52,305 nt of DNA, taken from an uncultured Deferribacteres bacterium. GTDB lineage: Bacteria; Zhuqueibacterota; Zhuqueibacteria; Zhuqueibacterales; Geothermadaptataceae. The stretch is from contig CAXHAT010000026.1 in the NCBI GenBank assembly GCA_964014485.1, positions 1 to 52,305 of the forward strand, written 5' to 3'. Below are positions 35,974 to 44,447 of the stretch, in pieces (the first letter of the stretch is position 1; every line of letters begins with the position of its first letter). The notes below the pieces were generated by a model. That model was not told the origin of the DNA. It saw only the letters and a list, made by a program, of their open reading frames with translations, and searched no databases. The translations under genes and the position numbers were made by a program.

Positions 35974-37251
35974 ATGAATGCATCAAAAGATGTGCGTTTG
36001 GAGTTGTCCCGGCGAAGTTTTCTCTCCGCCGGTCTTGCCGGAATTGCGGTCGGCGCTTTAACGGCTTGCAACAGTGAAAGAAAGAATATTGCTGAATTTA
36101 AGGCGCCGAACGGCACGGATGACGAAAGTTGGGCGGATATTCGCGCCCAGTTTATCACAGCCCCGGGCGTCGTTTTCATGAATAACGCAAGCATCAGCAT
36201 GCCGCCCGGCCCGGTTGCAAATGCAGCGGCGCAAGCTTTTAAAACCGTTTCCCAAAATCCAATCGCGGCCAAGCATGAATTGAACGATTTAATTCAGCAT
36301 TCGCTCACCCCCTGCCTTGCACGTTTGGTCGGGGCCGATGATTCAGAGATCGTTCTAACGAGAAACGCTTCCGAAGCCCTGCACATTGCTGCAACCGGCT
36401 TGAGACTCAAGCCCGGCGACGAAGTTTTAATTACAACGCAAGAACACCCGGCGGGCCGTCGCCCGTGGCGGTTTCGCGCACAACGCGACGGCGTCAAAGT
36501 CACCGAAGTTTTTGTACCAAGTCCGATCTCGGAAAAACAGCAAGCAATTGATCTAATTTCGAAAAAAATCACTCCCAATACGCGCGCAATCGCTTTTTGT
36601 CATGTGACGCGCGGCGGCCATCTTTACCCCGTCCGTGAATTGGCGAACATCGCTCAAAAGCGTGGCATAACGACCATCGTTGACGGCGCTCAAGCCTTGG
36701 GCATGTTCAAAATCGATTTAAACAGTTTGGGGTGCGACGCCTATGCCGCCAGTTTGCACAAGTGGATGTTAGGGCCGATGGGCACGGGAATGCTCTATAT
36801 TCGGGAAGAGGCGAGAGATCGTTTTCAATCCGTTTTTGATCCAATTTCAACGCAAGACCAGCCCAATTATCAGCCGACGGGAACGATGGATTTGCCGGTC
36901 AAAGCAGGCCTTGATGCAGCTCTGACGTTTGTTGAGAAAATCGGTCTTGAAGCAATTGGAAATCGCAATCGCCGACTTTCAAATTATTTGAAAACGCAGC
37001 TCTCTGGCTTGGCGGGAATAAAGATTCTCAGCGGGCCAACCCCGGAAACGTCAGCGCCCGGATCAACGATTTTTGAAATGGACGGCGTTGATGCGGATGA
37101 CGCAGTCACTATTCTCGCGGAAAAACACGGTTCTCACATTGATGAGCACAAGCGCGACGGACACAACGCTATCCGCATTTCAACGCATTTTTACAATACT
37201 GAATCGCAAATCGATCACGTGACAAAAGCGTTGAGTTCGCTAAAAACGTAA
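35974..37251 (+). CDS. Tat-exported class V PLP aminotransferase (isopenicillin-N epimerase/cysteine desulfurase-like)
   Basis: SRRSFL Tat motif plus LTAC lipobox; TRNASEAL, EHP, VDGAQ, SLHKW, IRISTHFYN. Confidence 0.82.
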   Translation: MNASKDVRLELSRRSFLSAGLAGIAVGALTACNSERKNIAEFKAPNGTDDESWADIRAQFITAPGVVFMNNASISMPPGPVANAAAQAFKTVSQNPIAAKHELNDLIQHSLTPCLARLVGADDSEIVLTRNASEALHIAATGLRLKPGDEVLITTQEHPAGRRPWRFRAQRDGVKVTEVFVPSPISEKQQAIDLISKKITPNTRAIAFCHVTRGGHLYPVRELANIAQKRGITTIVDGAQALGMFKIDLNSLGCDAYAASLHKWMLGPMGTGMLYIREEARDRFQSVFDPISTQDQPNYQPTGTMDLPVKAGLDAALTFVEKIGLEAIGNRNRRLSNYLKTQLSGLAGIKILSGPTPETSAPGSTIFEMDGVDADDAVTILAEKHGSHIDEHKRDGHNAIRISTHFYNTESQIDHVTKALSSLKT

Positions 37252-37272
37252 GGGCGTGAAATACGCCCCTAC
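37248..37272. repeat. GTAG-type REP between convergent genes
   Basis: Reverse complement GTAGGGGCGTATTTCACGCCCTTAC. Confidence 0.7.
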
Positions 37273-37285
37273 GCCGATTGATCTT

Positions 37286-38830
37286 CTAAATGTCGAATTT
37301 GATTCCTTGCGCCAACGGCAATTCTTTGCCGTAGTTGATCGTGTTGGTTTGTCGGCGCATGTACGCTTTCCAGGCGTCGGAACCGGATTCGCGGCCGCCG
37401 CCTGTTTCTTTTTCGCCGCCAAACGCGCCGCCGATTTCCGCTCCGGAAGTGCCAATATTGACATTGGCAATGCCGCAATCCGAACCCGCCGATGACAGAA
37501 ATTGCTCCGCTTCTTGCAGGTTGTTCGTGAAAACAGCGGACGATAGGCCTTGTACGACGTCGTTTTGCATTTCGACGGCGCTTTCAATGTCGCCGCTGTA
37601 TTTGAGCAGGTACAGAAGCGGGCCAAAAGTTTCTTCTTGTACAATCGGAAAATCGTTCCGCGCTTCCGCCAAGGCCGGACGAACGTAGCAGCCTGACTCG
37701 TACCCGGCGCCTGTCAACACTTCCCCGCCGTATAGAATTTTGCCCCCTTGCTCTCGTACAATTTCAAGCGCATTCACAAACCGTTTTACGGAAGCTTCAT
37801 CGATCAACGGGCCGACGTGATTGGCTTCATCCAAAGGCGAACCGATGCGCAAGCCTTCGTAGGCCTTCATCAACGCAGCCTTTGTTTTGTCATAGATTGA
37901 TTCATGAATGATGAGTCTTCTCGTGGTCGTGCAGCGCTGCCCGGCCGTGCCCGCCGCGCCGAAAACAATTCCGGGCAACGCAAGTTTCAAATCGGCGTCC
38001 GGGGTCAAAATAATCGCGTTGTTGCCGCCCAATTCAAGGATAGCTTTGCCTAGTCTGGCCGCGAGCTTTTCTGCAATATATTTCCCGACGCGAATAGAGC
38101 CGGTAAACGAAACCAGCGGCATCCGACGGTCGCTCAACATGGGTTCGCCGACGGTCTCATTGTCGCCAACGATGACTGAAAAAACGCCTTCCGGAACATC
38201 GTTTTTTTGCAGGACTTCTTTGATCACATTTTGGCAAGCAATTGCGGTGAGCGGCGTTTTTGGCGACGGCTTCCAGATATTTGCATTGCCGCAAACCGCC
38301 GAAATCATCACGTTCCAAGACCATACGGCCACTGGAAAGTTAAACGCCGTGATCACGCCAACGACGCCGAGCGGATGGTATTGTTCATACATGCGATGGT
38401 CGGGGCGTTCGGAATGCATCGTCAAACCGTACAATTGCCGCGAGAGCCCGACAGCGAAATCGCAAATATCGATCATTTCTTGCACTTCGCCCAAGCCCTC
38501 TTGCAGCGATTTGCCCATTTCGTAGGAAACGAGCGCACCCAGGGGATTTTTGTATTCTCTAAGCTTTTCGCCAATTTGCCGAACGACCTCGCCGCGCTTG
38601 GGGGCGGGGAATTTTTGCCAAGCTTTAAAGCCGAGATTTGCTGTTTCAACCATGCGGTGATAATCATTTTGAGACGCTTTGTATACCGATGCGATGTGTT
38701 TGCCGTCAACCGGCGAAGAAACGGGGAGTTCGCCTGCGTTTTGCGTTTCATTCCATTTCAGACCGGTTGATGCACCCGCGTTAATATCACGAATGCCAAG
38801 TTCTTTTAAGAATTCCATGTATCCGTCCAA
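37286..38830 (-). CDS. Aldehyde dehydrogenase family 7 (piperideine-6-carboxylate dehydrogenase-like)
   Basis: GEVQEMIDICDFAVGLSRQLYG, ITAFNFPVAVW, LELGGNNA, GTAGQRCTT, SDCGIANVNIGTSGAEIGGAFGGEKETGGGRESGSD; start may be 38818. Confidence 0.92.
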   Translation of the reverse strand: MDGYMEFLKELGIRDINAGASTGLKWNETQNAGELPVSSPVDGKHIASVYKASQNDYHRMVETANLGFKAWQKFPAPKRGEVVRQIGEKLREYKNPLGALVSYEMGKSLQEGLGEVQEMIDICDFAVGLSRQLYGLTMHSERPDHRMYEQYHPLGVVGVITAFNFPVAVWSWNVMISAVCGNANIWKPSPKTPLTAIACQNVIKEVLQKNDVPEGVFSVIVGDNETVGEPMLSDRRMPLVSFTGSIRVGKYIAEKLAARLGKAILELGGNNAIILTPDADLKLALPGIVFGAAGTAGQRCTTTRRLIIHESIYDKTKAALMKAYEGLRIGSPLDEANHVGPLIDEASVKRFVNALEIVREQGGKILYGGEVLTGAGYESGCYVRPALAEARNDFPIVQEETFGPLLYLLKYSGDIESAVEMQNDVVQGLSSAVFTNNLQEAEQFLSSAGSDCGIANVNIGTSGAEIGGAFGGEKETGGGRESGSDAWKAYMRRQTNTINYGKELPLAQGIKFDI

Positions 38831-38904
38831 TCAGGTTAAAAGTAATAGTGGGTAATATTTCGAGACAAAATAAGGGGAAATCTGATACAGAAAAAGAGGG
38901 AAAA

Positions 38905-39105
38905 TCACTGGCAGGAAAAAAAACTTTTGCCAAGATAGAGCGGCAAAATGATATAGAGCGTCGTATCGCGAATCAAGTAATAAATAATGATAACTGCGGC
39001 AACCTTCCACCCGGCGTCTTTCAGCGTCTGCTTAAAGCCTTTTTCACGGATTTCTTTTTTGAAGCCCTTGATACGCTGGAGCGCCGGGGAAAGCGGATTT
39101 TTCAT
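38905..39105 (-). CDS. Small membrane protein
   Basis: Basic N-terminus plus GWKVAAVIIIYYLIRDTTLYIILP; overlaps the stop of the upstream gene. Confidence 0.6.
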   Translation of the reverse strand: MKNPLSPALQRIKGFKKEIREKGFKQTLKDAGWKVAAVIIIYYLIRDTTLYIILPLYLGKSFFSCQ

Positions 39106-39749
39106 AGCGGCTCGTTTTCTCGCCAAACTTTGATATCGCCAAACAAGATCGATGCGACGATGACAAGCCGGTCTTCAGCGTCATCGAAATCGTCACTTTT
39201 ATAGGTTTTTTGGATGAACAAGCCTTCACTTTTACGGCCAAGGATGTTGATGTCGCCAGCGGCGCTGTTTGCACGGACAAGCACAGGAACGTTTGAAGGC
39301 AGGGTTAAGCGAACATCGCCAAATACACCGTTAAGATAAAGCGTTTGCTGCCCGGGCGCTACGCCCATTTCCGCCGCGTTAATATCAATATCTCCGAAAG
39401 TTACCGAGCATCTGCCGCCGGAAAACGCCGGGTGCGTCAGCCTGTGACGGCAATCGCCGAAAACTTTGGTCTCATTAAAAGTATCTTCAGCGACGCGTTC
39501 GCTTTCACCGCTTGAAATGTCGTGAAATTGTGCGTCTTCAACTCTCCCGTGAACATCCGCCGCCTTATTTTTTGGGAAAAGAATGATCTTCACGCCGATC
39601 GCGATAAGAATGAGCGGCCAGAAGCGACTCATCACATCGCCGAAATCGAGCGCATTCATTTGATCGAGCAACAACAGAACGCCGAATATAACGAGAATCA
39701 CACCGCCGGTGTAAGAATTTGAGCGAGGTTTTTTGGACGTCTTGGTCAT
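39102..39749 (-). CDS. LiaF-like cell-wall-antibiotic response membrane protein
   Basis: GVILVIFGVLLLL...WPLILIAIG TM block plus C-terminal FGD repeats. Confidence 0.78.
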   Translation of the reverse strand: MTKTSKKPRSNSYTGGVILVIFGVLLLLDQMNALDFGDVMSRFWPLILIAIGVKIILFPKNKAADVHGRVEDAQFHDISSGESERVAEDTFNETKVFGDCRHRLTHPAFSGGRCSVTFGDIDINAAEMGVAPGQQTLYLNGVFGDVRLTLPSNVPVLVRANSAAGDINILGRKSEGLFIQKTYKSDDFDDAEDRLVIVASILFGDIKVWRENEPL

Positions 39750-39864
39750 TAGTCTATTCTCCGGATCGTCGAGCACAGTCTGGATTTTATGTAGAACCTG
39801 AACCCCAAAGCTGATTCCCAGCCCGGAGTTAAGCATGTTCAGTTAAGAGCAATATTTCTCTACG

Positions 39865-41598
39865 TCACCGCTGCTCGTGTTTCCTCGCAAAAAATTCTTC
39901 AATTTCGCCTCGTGACTTCGTATTCAAAACATCCACCGCCGTCAGCCAGCCCTTGCGCGCAATGCCAACGCCCCAAAATGTGTCCGACAGCCCTTCAACG
40001 CTGTGTGCGTCCGGATTGACGCTTAGCAATAGACCCGCTTCCTTGGCCTGGCGTGCGTAGCGCCAATCGAGGTCAAATCGTCGCGGGTTGGCGTTTATTT
40101 CAATCACCACGTCGTTTTCCTTGGCCGCAGCAAAAATTTCGCTGTAGTTAAGCGGGTAGCCTTCGCGTTGCAACAAAATGCGCCCCGTCGGATGGCCGAG
40201 GATGTGAACCAGCGGATTCTGGATAGCTTTGACCAAACGAGTCGTCGCTTCTTTTTCACCCATGCCAAGTTTTGAGTGCACCGAAATGACGACGAAGTCC
40301 AGCGTTTCGAGCACGTCATCCGGAAAATCGAGCGCGCCGTCGGCAAGAATGTCGCACTCCGTGCCGTGAAAAATCTTAAAATCATCGTAGCGTTCATTGA
40401 GCGCATCGATTTCTTCACGCTGTTGTTTTAAACGATCCGGCGTCAGCCCGTTGGCATAAACGGCGATCTGACTGTGGTCGGAAACGCCCAAGTATTGCAT
40501 GCCAAGACTGCGGCAGGCTTCGGCCATTTGTTCGAGCGTATTGGCGCCGTCGCTGAAAGTCGTGTGCGTGTGCAGAATGCCTTTAATGTCATTTTTCTGA
40601 ACAAGCTCGGGCAAATCGCCGGACAGGGCAGCTTCAATTTCGCCCATATCTTCCCGAAGCTCCGGCTCGACGAACTTCATGTTCAACGCAGCGAAGATTT
40701 CACGCTCATCGGCGCAGTCAATACGCTCGCCGCTTTCGCGAAACAGCCCGTACTCGTTCATTTTCAAGCCGAGCCGTTTGGCGTAACCGCGCATGGCTGT
40801 GTTGTGCTCTTTTGAACCTGTCGAATGGTGCATCAGGTACGGAAATTCGTCATCCGCAACGATGCGCAACTCCGCCTGAACGCCTTCTTTCAAAACGACG
40901 CCGCTCTTCGTATCACCTTGTGCGATGATCATCTGGTGGCCATCGATTCCAGTAAAGAAATCCATAATTTCTTGCCGATCTTCATCGCGTGCGCTGCTTA
41001 CAATGTCTATGTCTTTTACGGTCTCGCGATGGCGACGCAGGCTACCCGTCAGGGCCGCGCGAATCACCTTCGGATGCGACTCGATCAGCGCAAAAATGCG
41101 TTGCGCCGCAGTGTGAACGACGGAAAATAAATGGCGGCTGCCGTGCTTGCGAAGAAACGCGATATTTTCGAGAATCTTTGCCTGCGTCTTGCCGCCAAAA
41201 CCGGGAATGTCGGCGATTGTGTTTTCGAAGCAAGCTTTTTCAAGCTCGTCGACTGACTTTATTCCGAGATCATCGTAAAGCTTTTTGATTTTTTTTGAAC
41301 CTAATCCAGGAATGCGCAACAGCTCAAAAATGCTCTCAGGAAAGGCTTTGCGCAGATTTTCATAGTATTCCAACCGTCCAGTCGTCACCAGTTCGATGAT
41401 CTTTTCGGCCAGCGCAGCGCCAATTCCTTTGATTTTTTTGATCTCCCCGCTCTCGACCATTTCCGGTAACTCTTTTTGCAGGCTTTTCACCACGCGCGCA
41501 CCATTTTGATAGGCGCGAGCCTTGAAGGGATTTTCGCCTTTGAGCTCAAGCAACGTGCCGATCTCATCGAGAATCGCGGCGACCGCCTTCTTGTTCAT
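39865..41598 (-). CDS. polX: DNA polymerase/3'-5' exonuclease PolX
   Basis: GENPFKARAY, HhH motifs, GSLRR..ETVKDID, TGSKEHN, PHP domain HTHT..SDG, HPTGR, EINANP.R.DL, PDAH. Confidence 0.95.
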   Translation of the reverse strand: MNKKAVAAILDEIGTLLELKGENPFKARAYQNGARVVKSLQKELPEMVESGEIKKIKGIGAALAEKIIELVTTGRLEYYENLRKAFPESIFELLRIPGLGSKKIKKLYDDLGIKSVDELEKACFENTIADIPGFGGKTQAKILENIAFLRKHGSRHLFSVVHTAAQRIFALIESHPKVIRAALTGSLRRHRETVKDIDIVSSARDEDRQEIMDFFTGIDGHQMIIAQGDTKSGVVLKEGVQAELRIVADDEFPYLMHHSTGSKEHNTAMRGYAKRLGLKMNEYGLFRESGERIDCADEREIFAALNMKFVEPELREDMGEIEAALSGDLPELVQKNDIKGILHTHTTFSDGANTLEQMAEACRSLGMQYLGVSDHSQIAVYANGLTPDRLKQQREEIDALNERYDDFKIFHGTECDILADGALDFPDDVLETLDFVVISVHSKLGMGEKEATTRLVKAIQNPLVHILGHPTGRILLQREGYPLNYSEIFAAAKENDVVIEINANPRRFDLDWRYARQAKEAGLLLSVNPDAHSVEGLSDTFWGVGIARKGWLTAVDVLNTKSRGEIEEFFARKHEQR

Positions 41599-42761
41599 TA
41601 TTTCCAGCCTTTGAAATTGACGTCGGCTTCTTCCGGGGTTTCAATCCAGTCGGCGACAAAAACGTTGGTGTCGCGCGAAGGCGTGCGGGAAATATTGCGG
41701 TTGGAGGCGAAGACGATGCGCTTGCCATCGTAGGAAAACATTGGAAACGCGTCAAAAGTGTTGGAGTGGCTGATTTTGGTCAAGCCGCTTCCGTCGAGGT
41801 TGATCATGTATATTGAAAAGATTGGCCTGCCCCCGGGAGGAGATTCATGGTTGGAACAAAACAAAACGCGCTTGCCGTCCGGGTGAAAAAAAGGCGCCCA
41901 ATTCGCGCCGGGCAAGTCGGTAATTTGTCTCGCATTCGTACCGTCGGTTTTGGCCACAAAAACGTTCAGCTTCGAGGGTTCAACGAGATTTTGTGAAAGC
42001 AAATCCATGTATTCTTCGGCGGCGTTGCCTTGCGGCCTGCTCGCGCGCCACACAATCATTTTCGAATCGCGAGAAAAAAAGGCGCCGCCGTCATAGCCAA
42101 TTTCCGAAGTAATTTGGATATCTTCGCCGGACTCCAAATCGTATCTCCACAACTCCAGATCTCCGGAGCGCGTCGAAGTGTAAATGATTTGCTTGCCGTC
42201 CGGCGAGACAGTCGGCTCGGCGTCGTAACCTGGGCCGCCGATCAAAACTTCAGCGTCGGAACCGTCTGGATTTGCGATATAGATGTCATAGGATTCATAA
42301 ATCGGCCAGACATAGCGTCGCGGGTTGAACGGCAGCGTAGGCGGACATTCGTGACTGCCTTCATGCGTGGAAGCGTAGACGATTTTGCCGTTGGCGAGAA
42401 AATAACTGCAGGTTGTGCGGCCTTTTCCAGTCGAGGCCAAATCGTATTGTTTGCCGGAAGGCATTGGCGTCCCGTCTGCGTTCATAACAAAAATCTGATC
42501 ACAGCCTTGGGAGTTTATTTTCGCCCAATCGCTTTGAAAAATCAGTTGTTTATCGTCAAAACTCCAATACGCTTCGGCGTTATTTCCGCCAAAAGTCAAC
42601 TGGCGAATGTTGCGAAAATGGGTTTCTCCGGAAAAACGCAATGAGTCCGCAGCAGGATCATAAACGCTGGGTTGTTGGTCAGGACTGGAACAAGCCGCCA
42701 ATAGCGGCAAGAAAAGACACAAAGGCAGGTATCGAAAGTTTTGACGCATTATTTTTCTCAA
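41598..42761 (-). CDS. TolB-like PD40 beta-propeller lipoprotein
   Basis: Lipobox LAAC; QLTFGGNNAEAYWS, GYDAE, GYDGGAFFS, NWAPFF, FDAFPMFS. Confidence 0.82.
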   Translation of the reverse strand: MRKIMRQNFRYLPLCLFLPLLAACSSPDQQPSVYDPAADSLRFSGETHFRNIRQLTFGGNNAEAYWSFDDKQLIFQSDWAKINSQGCDQIFVMNADGTPMPSGKQYDLASTGKGRTTCSYFLANGKIVYASTHEGSHECPPTLPFNPRRYVWPIYESYDIYIANPDGSDAEVLIGGPGYDAEPTVSPDGKQIIYTSTRSGDLELWRYDLESGEDIQITSEIGYDGGAFFSRDSKMIVWRASRPQGNAAEEYMDLLSQNLVEPSKLNVFVAKTDGTNARQITDLPGANWAPFFHPDGKRVLFCSNHESPPGGRPIFSIYMINLDGSGLTKISHSNTFDAFPMFSYDGKRIVFASNRNISRTPSRDTNVFVADWIETPEEADVNFKGWK

Positions 42762-42990
42762 TTTAGATCATTGCAGATTGAAAGAAAATCCCTGATTGAG
42801 GCTTTCCAACTTTTGCTCGTAATTCTCCGAAGTCGCAAGCGTCTCGCGAAAGCGCGCAGGCTCTTCGAAAACGTTTTTCTATTGTCCAAAGGGAACAAGT
42901 TTTGGCCGGTAAAGCGATTGATTTGAAAAAGCGGGCTAGTAGCCGCGTCAACTCAGCTATTGTGATTGGGGCGCAAAGCTTCACGTACAC

Positions 42991-43017
42991 GAAGAGGCGA
43001 GATATATCGCTCTCTAC
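42991..43017. repeat. Degenerate GTAG-type REP
   Basis: Reverse complement GTAGAGAGCGATATATCTCGCCTCTTC. Confidence 0.55.
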
Positions 43018-43209
43018 CTGACACTTTTTGTGAACTGCATTTTTGAGCCGTCGAAAGGCCCCGTTTTATCATTCTGCAGGAATCTTTGTTATCGCCCTGT
43101 ACAGATCATGCCCAAAAGTTCAAAGGGCGGATCAAAAAAAGATGCTTCCAGCATGACAATTTCGGCCTTCTTCGCCAGTTATAGAAGTCTATACAAAAAG
43201 CGTCGGGTA
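43015..43209. mobile_element. MITE family C (TA-flanked) carrying GTCAT repeat copy 4 (43067-43158)
   Basis: TACCTGACACTTTTTGT / ACAAAAAGCGTCGGGTA inverted ends. Confidence 0.65.
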
Positions 43210-43270
43210 GTGAAATATATCGCAAAAACAAAGCTTTGTACTACAATTTTTTTGACACTTCTGAGCAATT

Positions 43271-43307
43271 CTAACCCTGCTCGGGTTCGGAACTCTGGCA
43301 GGGTTAG
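43271..43307. repeat. REP-like hairpin / possible terminator
   Basis: CTAACCCTGC...GCAGGGTTAG just downstream of the 43323 gene. Confidence 0.55.
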
Positions 43308-43322
43308 ACGCAATGATAAGTT

Positions 43323-44447
43323 TTAGTTGTCCATTTTCCAAAAGGCCACGCCGCCTGCCTGTTTGCCGGTGTCAGCCGTGGTGACGAGCTTCTTCTTTTT
43401 CAGGTCAAAAATATCGCAGGAACCCGGCTCGCCGCCAATTCCTTCCACGGTCACGAAGGCGTAACGGCTGTCTGGCGAAATCACCACGCCGTGCGTTACC
43501 TTGCGGCTGTTTTCAAGGTTCGCCAGTTCCTTGCCTTTTTTCAAATCCCAGATTCCGGTACGACCGGCGGATTTGTAAGTCACAACCATGAATTTACCGT
43601 CCGGGCTAATTTCGACATTGTAAGGGCCTTTGTCGGTTTCAAATCGGCGCGTTACTTTCCAGGCATTCAGGTCAACTTCCACCACTTCGTCCACGCCATT
43701 GTTGGCGACGTAGACAAACGGCTCGTTCGGATGCGGGAATACCCAGGTCGGCTTTTCCGGCGGCATGTTGTGGTCGCCGCCTGGCTTGCCGTTTTTCATC
43801 GAATGCGGCATATTATGGTGCTCATGCCCGGCCATCGACATGTCTTCTTTGCCGACATAAAGCTTGCGACTGACGGTTAGCGACGCAGCATCGATTTCAA
43901 ACAATTCGCCGGACATCATTGCCATCGAGTAGTGCTTCATGCCATCCGGCGACAAACGCGAGCCGTGCGGCATAACGCCGGTTTCGATGCGCTCCAACTC
44001 TTCCATCATTTCGGGCTCGACCACGGAAACCGAGCTTGGAATGTGGTCGCCGTGCAAATTGAAGTTGACGACGTACAGCAGCCCGGTCGACTTTGACATT
44101 TGCATCGTCGCCGGGAAAAGCCCAAGTTCTACGCGGCCAAGCAGTTCGTCCGTGCCGGTTTTGAACTTGTAAACATAGCCAAACGGCTTGCCGTGCGCCA
44201 TGGAAAGAAACCAATGCTCCCCGTCCGGGCTGACGGTAATGCCGTGCGGCCCCTCGTTCTCCACCGGCCATTCGCCGACCGGGATGGACTTGTCAATCAC
44301 GGCTTTCTCGCCGTCAAATCTGACGACGTCAACCTGATCCTGTGATTCACAAGCCACGTAAACGTAGTAATCAGCCGCAACGCTTGCAGTTACGAAGAAA
44401 ATTAAGCCAGACAAAATTGCCGCAAATTGTGCAACCTGTTTCCTCAT
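43323..44447 (-). CDS. YncE/YVTN-type beta-propeller protein with a His/Met-rich loop
   Basis: Signal peptide; GPHGITVSPDG, MPHGSRLSPDG, YVANNG, THGVVISPD. Confidence 0.8.
   Translation of the reverse strand: MRKQVAQFAAILSGLIFFVTASVAADYYVYVACESQDQVDVVRFDGEKAVIDKSIPVGEWPVENEGPHGITVSPDGEHWFLSMAHGKPFGYVYKFKTGTDELLGRVELGLFPATMQMSKSTGLLYVVNFNLHGDHIPSSVSVVEPEMMEELERIETGVMPHGSRLSPDGMKHYSMAMMSGELFEIDAASLTVSRKLYVGKEDMSMAGHEHHNMPHSMKNGKPGGDHNMPPEKPTWVFPHPNEPFVYVANNGVDEVVEVDLNAWKVTRRFETDKGPYNVEISPDGKFMVVTYKSAGRTGIWDLKKGKELANLENSRKVTHGVVISPDSRYAFVTVEGIGGEPGSCDIFDLKKKKLVTTADTGKQAGGVAFWKMDN

Noticed and set aside
16554..43158. Repeated ~90-bp sequence as a possible CRISPR repeat
   Set aside because: Copies are dispersed over kilobases, occur in both orientations, have no regular spacers, and no cas genes are present.
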